From positions 113,152,001 to 113,216,000 of the forward strand of contig NC_045696.1 of assembly GCF_009834535.1 (NCBI RefSeq): a stretch of DNA of 64,000 nt, read 5' to 3'. A model generated the notes under the pieces. That model worked only from the letters and a program-made list of their open reading frames with translations. It was not told the DNA's origin and searched no databases. The stretch comes from Camelus ferus. Its lineage: Eukaryota. Of the stretch, positions 12,066 to 22,851 are shown piece after piece. The position numbers and the translations under genes were made by a program. Positions within the stretch are counted from its first letter, which is position 1. Each line of letters begins with the position of its first letter.

Positions 12066-13436
12066 GCATGATCACAGCAATGCAGAAATTCCTCTCCGCA
12101 GCCCACCAGCGAGGCAGACTCAGCCCTGTAGCTCTCATCTGCCCCCAGTGACTTCACTGTAGGAAAAGGAAATGCGGGCAAACAGACTTCTCAGAGACGC
12201 GATGTCTCCGCTTCCAGAGGTCAGCGTTAGACTCTCAGAAGTGAGGTTTCTATGCCAGGATCCAGTTACTCTGGTGATGCTAGCTGGTTCTGTTTTGATA
12301 GGGAAATCAACATTGCAAATGACTGGACTGGCTGTTGATACAGCTTCCTACTTCCTCCCCTCCTTTCTAACCCTTGGGTTCTACCTGGCTCTCAGTACCT
12401 TTGGAACACTTCTTTTTTTCACCTGGCCATAGAACTTCCTTTACTACATCCAGGTCAAGCTGAGTGGCATTGGAAGGGGTGGGCCTCTCGTTTACCAAGG
12501 AAGGGAAGTTTCCTCTGGAAATAAGCAGAATTCAGAACCCAAAGTTCGAATCGTCTTCCCTCCGCGAGAAATCACTTAGTTAATGAGCTCGTTGGGGAGA
12601 GGCGGCAGCATCGGCAGTCAGGTCTTGCTCTGTTCTCTGAAGCTCAAACATTAAGTTTGTGGATGGCCTGAATAACTCACATCCCGGAAGGAGCCAAGCT
12701 CCCCCCATCAGAAACGCCCTCCTCCGTCCTTGACACTTTTGAATAAACTCGTTACCACCTTTCCCGTGGTCCCTCCTTCCTGAGACCTCCCCTAGCTTCC
12801 TCTCTCCTCTGTCTTACAGCACACTGTTCGTACATTGATTGTACGATGGGCACAGTCTGTTATAAATATTTCACCTCTGGCCAGGCCCCTCTGCGAGACC
12901 TGGGCTTTGCCTAAAAGAGGAGGAAATCTTAACTCCTCTTCCTGGCTTCAGACTCGCTCTCAGCCTTAGCTGGTAGGAATCACACCACGTAATTACAGCA
13001 GATGGCGTTTGGCAAATGGATTGCCCGTCCTGACCACACGGCCATCTTTACTAGCAAAAGCTTCGGGACAGTAAAGCTTCTGACTTGAAGCTGACATTAC
13101 CCTAAAATAGGAAGCCACATCAGTGCTGCCTTTTGACTCGACAAATGTCAGCTCTCATCCCATCCAAATAACTCCTGACTCTCCAACGGGGCTCTAATGG
13201 AAGATCAAAGAGCTCTTGAGATCTGGTCCTTTTCTCCATTTCAAGAAGCGAGTTAATGCCGCAGGTTAATTCTAAGCTCTTGACTCTAAGCTGGAGTGTT
13301 ACTGGAGGCGTATCTGACCTTTAATTCTAAGTGAAATCTGAAGACAGTGGAGAGTTGGAGGGGTGAATGTAGGAAAGAGAAAATTAAGTGGAAGGTGGGG
13401 GGTAGGAGGACATAAGAAGGGACCGAGGTCATCTCT

Positions 13437-13641
13437 CTGTGCTGCCCAGTACTGCAGCCACTGGCCACAGGTGGCTGTGTAGTTTAAATGTAAGTTAATA
13501 AAATGAAACAAAATCAAATATTCAGTTCCTTGGTCATACCAGCCGCATTTCAGCAGCCACGTGTGGCTAACGGCTACCATATTGGACAGAGCACATACAG
13601 AGCATTGCCATTTTCACAGTAAGTTCTATTGGACAGCCCTG
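13437..13641. mobile_element. MER3 hAT-Charlie element
   Basis: gccactggccacaggtggct...aattcagttcct-like...gtggctaacggctaccatattggacag...aagttctattggacagccctg. Confidence 0.8.
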
Positions 13642-13644
13642 GAT

Positions 13645-13770
13645 ACTTCTGCAGATGGGGAATCTGACAGCTGGAGACCTTCAGTGACTGGCCCAAGGTC
13701 ACACGATAGGCCTAGGCCTGGAGTTCAAACCTCAGGAACCTCAAGCTGATCTTACAGCAAACACTCCGTG
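13645..13770 (-). mobile_element. MIR fragment
   Basis: cagatggggaatctga...gtgactggcccaaggtcacac...ggagttcaaacctcagg. Confidence 0.65.
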
Positions 13771-14674
13771 CTGTGAGATTGGCTCACTTGCACTGCTTTT
13801 GTTTGTGTGGGTCAAAGAAAATGAGGAAGGCTAGCAAATTTCGGTTGAATTCAAAAGTAAAAACTAGCCATTCAGTGTGGTTATCCTAAGCAAACTGACT
13901 GAAATAAAGTTTGTGAGGAAAAAGTTCATGGCATGGTAATTATCTTAAATGGAAAACTTAACTTCTGAACAAAACTTGTCTTTATACCTAAGTCAAAACG
14001 CTAAGCTATGTGGCCATCAAAGCACCATCTAATCACTCAGCTTAATATCAGGGGAGGAAATTGCGTGCTAATCAGTACCTCATTGCACACCCTTGTAGCC
14101 ATTTAACTGCCTGCTATGCACAGTAACTACGTATTATTGTGTTTTAAAATATTCCCAAGGTAAAAATGCACGTTTGCATTTTCTTAGTATACATACTTAG
14201 AATTAAAACCGTCAAACGTCATTCATGGATGTGAATTGTTTGGCTTTTCAAAATGTTTCTTGTATGTATTTCAAATTTGTCTCTTATATCTTGAGCTGGT
14301 TTCAGTAATAGAATGATTTGGGTTTGACCCCCTATAGAGAATATCAGATTCCTTTATACATTTAAATTGGGTTTCCAGAAACCAAAGATGGTGAGTCTGC
14401 AGACCTGGGGCAACATTTAAAATACCAGTAGGTAAGGAATGTGAGTTGGTGTCATGGTTACAGGGACACATTTTGGACATGGTGTTTCAGAAAGCTAACA
14501 GGGGTTTTCCTGAACTCACAGGCAGTTTATCTTCATACATTTGAGCAAAGACATCTCTATCTTGTTTCTTTTAGCACCTTGGATGATGGCGCTGAGAGCC
14601 AAAGTGTTAGTTAGAAAGCAATTTACAGCTCGTGTTAAGGGGAAGTTTCCTTTCTATTCACCGGGTCACATATC

Positions 14675-16045
14675 AATAGTGTTTGAGTTCTTTGATGGAA
14701 AATTACGGAATTCCAGACTAAAAACAACTTTGAGGTGTGTTATCTCACAAAGTAGGAACCATGGAGGTGGTTGGTTTTAGAGTTTATTCATCCTCCAACG
14801 TGACTATATCATCCAGGTGACCTCTTGCTGCTCTGCCGTGTGCCACACAGTACCTTTCATCCCAGGCTCGTCCCCTCAGAGCCACACAAGCTGTCACATC
14901 TCCAGGTCTCATGCCCGCACAGCTGCCTCCAAAGCCAAGAAGAGAAGTAGTTTCTCCTTTTTTAAAAACATTTTTTGAAGTATAGTTGATTTACAATGTG
15001 TTAGTTTCAGGCGTACAGCAGAGTGGTTCAGTTATATATGTACACACATGCTGTTCCTTGTTGTTTATCTATTTTACATATAGAAGTGTGTATCTGTGAA
15101 TCCCAGATTTCTAATTTACCCGTCCCCACCCTTTTCCCTTTCGGTAGCCATATTTGTTTTCTATGTCTGTGAGTCTATTTCTGTTTTGTAAATAAGTTCA
15201 TTTGTATCTTTTTTTAGATTCCATGTATAAGTGACATCTTATATTTGTCTATCTCTATCTGACTTACTTCACTTAATATGATCATCTCTAGGTCCATCCA
15301 TGTTGCTGCAAATGGCATTATTTCATTCTTTTTTATGGCTGAGTGATATTCCACTGTATATATACATATATATTATATCTATACAACATCTTTATCCAGT
15401 CATCTTTCGATGGACATTTAGGTTGTATCCTTGCTTGGCTATTGTAAATAGTGCTGCTGTGAACATTGGGGTGCATGCATCTTTTCAAATTAGAGTTTTC
15501 TCTGGATATATGCCCAGGAGTGGAATTGCTGGATCATATGGTAACTCTGTTTTTAGATATCAATATAAAAAAAAAAAAAACAACCCAATCAAAAAATGAG
15601 CTGAAGCCCTAAATAGACATTTCCCCAAAGAAGACATCCAGATGGCCAGTAGGCACATGAAAAGATGCTCAATATTGCTAATTGTAAGAGAAATGCATAC
15701 GAGAACTACAATGAGGTTATCACCTCACACCAGTCAGAATGGCCATCGTTAAAAAGTCCACAAATGATAAATACTAGACAGGATTAGAAAAAAAGGAACC
15801 CCCCTACACTGTCGGTGGGAATGTAAATTGGTGCAGCCACCATGGAGAACGGCATGAAGGTTTCTTAAAAAACTAAAAATGGAGTAATTACATGTGTCTT
15901 CATTACAGGAAGAACTACCTCTTCCAGATACCTCCCCACCACCACCCAACACACACACACACGCTACCTCTGGGAAGCTGCCTTGACATCTCATTGGCCG
16001 GAGCTGAGTTATATGCTTATATCTTAACTGTAAGAGAGGCAGGGT
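14675..16045 (-). mobile_element. MLT1J/K-like MaLR LTR, split by an L1 insertion
   Basis: ttatctcacaaagtagg..ggaggtgg left part; cctttccaga...catctcattggccggagctgagttatatgc right part. Confidence 0.55.
14957..15885 (-). mobile_element. Young L1 with 5' inversion (twin-priming structure)
   Basis: Antisense 3' part 14957-15556 (ttgaagtatagttgatttacaatg...ggatcatatggtaactctgtttttag) joined to sense ORF2 piece 15557-15885 ending ttcttaaaaaactaaaaatggagt. Confidence 0.85.
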
Positions 16046-16049
16046 GTTT

Positions 16050-16635
16050 CATTTATCCAATGATGTATAAAAACCACCCCAAAACTCAGTGGCTTTAAAC
16101 AACAAGTTCTTACCTCCTGTGATTCTCTCCCCGTGGCCAGCTTGGGCTTCCTCATGTCATGGGCATCTCGGGGTAGCCTGACTTCCTACACAGTGGCTGA
16201 CTTCCAAAAGAATGGGGAAGCAGGAGCTGCAGGCCTCCAAAGGGGCAGTCTCAGAAGCTGCACAGCGTCACTGAGACACCCACGGATCAGAGCAAGACAC
16301 AAGGTCACCTTAATTCAGAGGGTGGGAAAATCAACTCCATCTCTTTAATTTTTTCCCATTTTTTAAACTGAAGTGTGGTTGATTTACAATGTTATGTTTG
16401 TTTCTGGTGTACATTGTAGTGATTCAGTTATACACACATATATACATCTTTTTCATTACGGGTTACTACAAACCACTGAATATCGTTCACTGTGTTCTGC
16501 GGCGGGACCTTGTTGTTTATCTGTTCCATACGTAGTGGTCTGTGTCTGCCAAACTTCTTCTCTTGATGCAAGGAAGGGCAAAGTCAGATCGCCCGAAACA
16601 TGTAGGATGGGAGGGATTGTGGGGAATCAGCAGTT
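16050..16635 (-). mobile_element. MLT1 (F/G/H-like) LTR, split by an L1 tip
   Basis: aaaccaccccaaaactcagtggctttaaacaac; gcttgggcttcctcatg; cagaagctgcacagcgtcact. Confidence 0.65.
16346..16551 (-). mobile_element. L1 3' tip
   Basis: ctgaagtgtggttgatttacaatgtt...; TSD aactccatctctt (16333-16345) / aacttcttctctt (16552-16564). Confidence 0.85.
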
Positions 16636-17023
16636 AGTGTAAACTGAACTTGATGCTTTAAACGTTACCACAGCATCTGCTTTACTGCCCTGGTCATAGC
16701 CTGGGCACAGCCTAGTTCAGCTCAGCCCTTTAAATGGCCTGAGAATACAGTACCAGCCTTGCCAGGCTCAGGAAACGGTACCATGTGCCTAAATTCTGTT
16801 TGAGAGAACTGAATTAATCTGGCCTCATTTTCTCTAAAGTTGAATTAGTAAAAGAATAGATTGCCATATATTTAAACAGAATAAGAAAGCACACGGGAGT
16901 GGTAAACAATAAATTCAGCAATATGGCAGAAAGATAAGATTTGATCAATTGAAGTTGCGTGTCTTGGGTTTTGTTATATTGATTCTCATACTTTTCTGTA
17001 TGTTTAACATAATACATAATTTT

Positions 17024-17527
17024 TTAAATATTTTATTTTATTATTTTTAACATTTTTTATTGATTTATAATCATTTTACAATGTTGTGTCAAATTCCAGT
17101 GTTCAGCACAATTTTTCAGTTATACATGAACATATATATATTCATTGTCACATTTTTTCTCTGTGAGCTACTATAAGATCTTGTATATATTTCCCTGTGC
17201 TATACAATATAATCTTGTTTATCTATTCTACATTTTGAAATCCCAGTCTGTCCCTTCCCACCCCCTGCCCCCTTGGCAACAAGTTTGTATTTTATGTCTA
17301 TGAGTCTGTTTCTGTTTTGGGTTTTTTGTTTATTTGTTTGTTTGTTTTTTAGATTCCACATATGAGCAATCTCATATGATATTTTTCTTTCTCTTTCTGG
17401 CTTACTTCACTTAGAATGACATTCTCCAGGAACATCCATGTTGCTGCAATGGCATTATGTTGTCGGTTTTTATGGCTGAATAGTATTCCATTGTATAAAT
17501 ATACCACACCTTCTTTACCCAGTCATC
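17024..17527 (-). mobile_element. Very young 5'-truncated L1
   Basis: Perfect 18-bp TSD aacataatacataatttt (17006-17023 / 17528-17545), TT/AAAA endonuclease site on the minus strand, T-rich tail; inserted at the 3' end of an older L1 remnant (~16925-17020). Confidence 0.95.
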
Positions 17528-18249
17528 AACATAATACATAATTTTAAACTGAAATAATAGAGCACTGCAGGGTGTCCTTAGTGAGAAGGAGAAGGGCGTT
17601 TCTAGCTGATTTTCCTTGCTCTCTCTCTGACTGAAGGTTCTCTTCCCAAGGACACAGCCCCACTGGGGGGGGGGGCCCTGCGTGTGGTCACATAATGCTG
17701 GTGAGAGAGGTTCCAGAGTCTAGAGAAACCTCAATAACTTAGTCAACGTCATGTCTCAACATTCTCAAATCCATGCAGCTGTCAGAATATCTGAAGGTCA
17801 TCAAACTCCTAGAGCACCGAAAAGTAATGATGCAGAGCACTTTCAAAAGGAATGAACCTATTTAGGATAAAGTCAACTAAGATGTTGCACTTGACTCTGG
17901 GACAGACCAGTGAGTGGTAGAAGGTACAAAAAAATTATGAGAAACAAACACAGAGAAACTTTGCAACTGAGAAATTCTATCAAATGGTGTTTTTTTAGAA
18001 AACTGGTAAATTTTTCTGAATTTAAAATAAAGTAAAATATTTAACTTTGGCCAAATATCTGTTTTTGCACTGAGATGCCTCAGTGTAATTTATAGGACAC
18101 AAGTTTTTCATGGTCTGAGAACCATAGATCAGTGAGAGGACCAGGAAACCGGGAACTGGTCCAAATTTGCAACTAAAACCCCACGTTTATAGTATTCTGG
18201 TATTGTTTTATCAGAGTGTCCTGCAGTATTATAGAAACAAAACCATAAC

Positions 18250-18465
18250 ACCTGTTACCGTTATGGTGCACTATGAAGAATTTCTTACAGATAATGTCTC
18301 ATTCAACCTTCAGAAATCCTGTGTGAGATGAGACTATGATAATTCCTATTTTACTGATAAGGAAACTGAGGTTGAGAAAGGTAAAGTAAATTGCCTGAGG
18401 TTGCACAGCCAGCTAGTAAGTAACTCAAAACATCCCGACTTCAAAGCCACTACAAGATACTGCCT
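18250..18465 (-). mobile_element. MIR
   Basis: cctattttactgataaggaaactgaggttgagaaaggtaaagtaaattgcctgaggttgcacagc. Confidence 0.8.
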
Positions 18466-19059
18466 TTCAAAGAAAGTCCAGGAGAGCCCTTAACCCTGGC
18501 TTGGCAGGCTCAGGGCTTCAGAAGAGTTTGCTCCACCAAGACAGAAATCCCTTTTCCACAGCTTTCTGTTGGTTTTCAACTCCAGAGAGCAGTTGTTTTC
18601 TTTAGTTCGTTTGCCATGTGTTCTCGATTCCCCCTTCCCTACTCCCTACCCCCCATCCAATTCTGCAAAGGGAGTAATTTAACTAATCAAGAAGAGCATT
18701 TTCCCGAGATCCTTCTTTTCCCGGAATTTCTCAGCAAAACGGTTGGATTCCAGCAAGCACAGCTTTAAATTTCAATGAAACACATGTTGCCCAAGTAGCT
18801 GACCTTTAACAAGAGGGAGAGAAGGCTTCTGACAACCAGAGCACTCTGACAATGAGAGCGCAAGTCTCAGAAGTCTTCCAAAGAGTGGGTTCAAGGACCT
18901 GCAGCCCTTCGGCGCTTACTCCTTGTTTAGTGAATTTTTGGTTTATGACAAACTTTGCTAATATCTTCAAAACCAGTTGCCCTCTTTCCTTTATCGATCG
19001 TTAAGCCTAACATGTGATGCCCCTGATAGAACTGTAGTTGAGATGACGCTGCTGGCTTT

Positions 19060-19260
19060 TTATCAACAAGATATACTGGCTGCCCAGTATTTGCTTGGTG
19101 CTGTGCTGAGAATCAGGGCTTCATTAATGACAGCAAGACAGTTCCTGGCCCAGAGCAGGAGGCTTCCTGTCCAGCCAGGGAGGAGGGCTGGGAACAAGGC
19201 AATGCACTCGGTGCAGAACACAGGAGCTCAGAGGAGGGACCAACATCTTCATCTCAGGTC
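19060..19260 (-). mobile_element. L2 3' fragment
   Basis: tcaacaagatatactgg...gacagttcctggcccagagcaggaggcttcctgtccag. Confidence 0.45.
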
Positions 19261-19369
19261 AGAGCCTTGCTTCCACCCAAAATACAAATATTAGACTTAG
19301 TTGTATGTTGAATGCCCCTGGGGGCTGAAAGGCATAATTTTTGTAGTAACTATGACCATGGAGCTCTGT

Positions 19370-20130
19370 AAAAAGTATTTTAATACAAGTAATGTAGGCT
19401 TATAGTGAAAATAATACTAACATTGAGGGTTCAGAAGGATGTAAGTAAGACATAAAATTCCCCTCCCTCTCTCTCAGCCCTACTCCCTAGGTGACCACTA
19501 GTAACATTTCCTTATATACCTTACCAGAAATTTTTTATGCATAGAACTTACATTACATAGCCATAGGTATGCCTGCAGACGGAGATGTAGGTAGATATTG
19601 CATACACACACAGGGATGGATGGATAGCTACATAGGTAGATAGATAGACAGACAGACAGAGATGGATAGATAGATAGATATAGATAGAGAGATACAGACA
19701 GACAGATAGATCTTACTTATATCTTTTACACAAATGGAATCATTTTATATATACATATCGTGCTATGACTTACTTTTTCCTTAAACAACGGAACTTTGAT
19801 ACCTTTCTGTACCTTTCGATACAACTTTACCCCATGTTACTCTCTCTCATCTTTCTAACAGCCACAGAATGATTAGATGTGCCAAAACTTATTCACTGGT
19901 TCTTCTATTAATAAGCATTTGTTTCTAGACTGTTGTAATTTCACACAAGCCACAGTGAACACGTATTTTCTATATACATGAATGAATATATTATATATGT
20001 ATATTGCAGGCGTATGAATGAATGTGTCTGTGGGATAAATTCCAAGAGGTGCGATTGTGGGATCAAAAACTATATGCACTTGGAATTCTGACAGTTTTTG
20101 CCAAAATGCTGGACTAATTTGCATCTTACT
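19370..20130 (-). mobile_element. Old L1ME-like 3' end
   Basis: ccctaggtgaccactagtaacatttccttatataccttaccaga; tctgtgggataaattccaagaggtgcgattgtgggatcaaa. Confidence 0.7.
19615..19711. repeat. Compound (GATA)/(GACA)/(GATG) microsatellite
   Basis: gatagatagacagacagacagagatggatagatagatagata... Confidence 0.9.
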
Positions 20131-21667
20131 GACAGTGGACTAGGGAATAATCCATGTGTTCACAGGGGGACTGATGGAGCTTTGGGAGCAAGTTTGCACC
20201 TCATTTTCGAGACAGGTCCAAGCAGAGACCTGTGTCATTTGCTAATAAAAGCAGGTGGCAGAGCCCAGTATTTAAAATGACTTTCTTCTAAAGTCCTTGA
20301 ACTGCTGTGTGGTGGGGTTTTAGTTGAAGAGTCTCCTTGAACTTTGTGTTCGTGTACAGTTTGGCTTCTAACCTCCTGTCACGGGAGGAAAATGATTTTG
20401 TGGATCTCCCTACGAGTTAGGCGAGGTCCCCCAGAGGGAGGCTGAGAGTGGTGATGTGTAAGGAAAATGCAGGTGACCAGCTGATGTCTTTTCCTCAGTT
20501 AATCACAGTGAGCAGGACAGGTAACCACCCCGACTCTGTTCTCACACAGTGCAAAGGGCTAAGCTCAGTTTCCCTACAGTCAGTTAGCCAGAAAAATTTC
20601 AAGCACCATTTTAGGGTCCTTTAATTCATGCCTAAGAGCATAGAAAAATATTAACTTCTAGGGCCGGATGACGCTCTGGGATCCCCAAGTGAAGGCTTCA
20701 GGGTTAGTCATTGCTGTGCGATTCTGCCGCTGTTGAGTGTTTTGAACACCAGCCCGGGAGAAACAATTGCTGGAAAAACCAGGCTCCTCTAGTCAGAAAG
20801 AATTTTTTTTTTCAATTTCTGATTAATTAGAGTATTTTAACCACTTCCTTGTGCACCATGTCTCCTAGAGTAGGCATTGAATTGAGTTGTCAGAAAAATC
20901 ACACTTTTAACGATTAAACTATGTTGACTGGATCTAAGGAGGAACTTTGATTCATAATCTTGTTTCAAAATGGCTTTGAATATAGTTTTGGAGGTTTACA
21001 GGGAGCACGCCTAGAGGATGATGCTGACCTCAAGGAACATTTTGTTGACAACATGTCTCTTGTGTCGATTTCGACATTTCAGAAGGACCCGGAGCAGACA
21101 GGCAGCCCTCACGCTAAGAGCCGCATGGCCCACGAAGAGAGACACGTGCAGTGCATGTAATTAGAGCCTCTTAGCAAACTTTCTGAAGATTCCTTTCCCC
21201 TCCTTCCCAGCTAGAAAGAAACAAAACTAAGCACCAAATATTTTTCTTCCTGCCAGTGTTTTAGGATTTTTCTTGGCTCGTTTCTTTCTCGCTCAGACAT
21301 TGTGGAAAACTTAATTGCCTTGTGGACACGTTTCTGGGCGGCTGAGGAAATAAAAAGGAAGCACGGCTTGGTTCATTTCTTTTCTACTAGGAAATAATCT
21401 CCAGAAAAATGCATGCTGTCTGCTACAGTTAAAAACCAGGAGGGAGAAGATAAGCATTGCCTTGAAAAAATGAGGATGTTGTTTATGAAAGACATTGAAG
21501 GTCCTCACTGGGGGTGGGATGGGGACATGTGTAGGTGAAGCTGCAGAAACTTTAAGATTTTTCAGCATGAGAGGGAAAAGCCCCAAACTCGGAGTGTTTG
21601 TTTCTTTAAATGCAGCTTAAGTGATATTTACATTCTGCTTCATTTCTGAAAAGCAAACTTGCATTTT

Positions 21668-21976
21668 TTAATTTATTTTTTGGGGGGATGGAAGGTAATT
21701 AGGTTTTTGTTTATTTACTTTTAATGGCGGTACTGGGGATTGAACTCAGGATCTTGTGCATGTTAGACATGTGCTCTACCACTCAGCTATACCTCCTCTG
21801 CTTTTTTAAATCATTGTTAAAAATTTTATTTATTTATTTTTGGTGTTTTTTCAGGGGTAATTGGTTTTTTTAAATTTATTATTATTATTATTTTTTAATG
21901 GAGGTACTAAGGATTCAACCTAGGACCTTGTGCACGCTAAGCACAAGCTCTACCACTGAGGTGTACCCTCCTCTCT
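21668..21976 (-). mobile_element. Tandem pair of tRNA-Ala-derived camelid SINEs (vic-1 type)
   Basis: Two units with reversed A/B boxes (ggggattgaactcagg; ctctaccactcagct); single TSD aaacttgcatttt (21655-21667 / 21977-21989). Confidence 0.85.
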
Positions 21977-22597
21977 AAACTTGCATTTTAATCCTTATTG
22001 CCCATCCCCCTCCCAAAAAAGATTGATAATGGATAGGTAGATAGATGGACATATACACACACTAGCTGTTTTACCCTAAGAAAAATTGGAATGCAGTTTG
22101 TTTGAAGGTGGGACCTTATAATATTGCAATTTCTGTAGGTGAAAAATGACCAGATCATGGCAATGTCTTACATTTCACCCTAATAGAATATACATCTCAA
22201 GCACACTTACACTTTTATTTGCATTTACTAAGCATTCAGAGCTCTGTGCAAAGCATCAACCACGCCACTGATGAAATATCTCTCTCCAAGGGAAGTCACA
22301 TACCTGGAGATCTAGTTGGTGCTTGAAGTCTGTGTGCTGGATTTCTTTAAAAATTCCTTGTCTTCATGCGGCTAATAAGCAGCAGTAATAAACCCTTGTT
22401 TGTCCACTTGCCAACCCTCCCATTTGGCCAGCCAGCCTCTGGCTTGAAACCCCATACTGGGCTCTCATCCAGTTTTCGTGAGTCTCCTGGTCCCCTCCCT
22501 TTTCCGAGCCAGCACTCTGGACCATGGTCAGAAATCAGAAGGGCTTTATTTCCTTCAGCAAGTCACTTCTTTGAGCGTTTCTGGCATGGCTCTGGCG

Positions 22598-22851
22598 CAG
22601 TGGCTTTCAAAACGAGGACCACAGTCCACAGTAAGAAATACGTTTTACATAACTACGCAGCCAACAAGTGGTGTGTGTCTGTGAACTCAAAACCAAAGCT
22701 TCAGAAAACAATCCTTACTCTTAGTCAACGCAGGAAGCCCTGCTGCTTTCCAGTCTACTCTATTTCATTTTTTAAAAGGTGCTTCTTGCTACCCACTAAA
22801 TGGATTTCACCACCCACGGATGGGTTGGGACCCATGGTTTGAACAACACTG
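22598..22851. mobile_element. MER112-like hAT-Charlie element
   Basis: cagtggctttcaaa...ccacagtaagaaatacgttttacat...gacccatggtttgaacaacactg. Confidence 0.7.

Noticed and set aside
20960..21160. 66-aa ORF with protein-like composition
   Set aside because: TTG start, no recognisable homology and no convincing splice-site pair.
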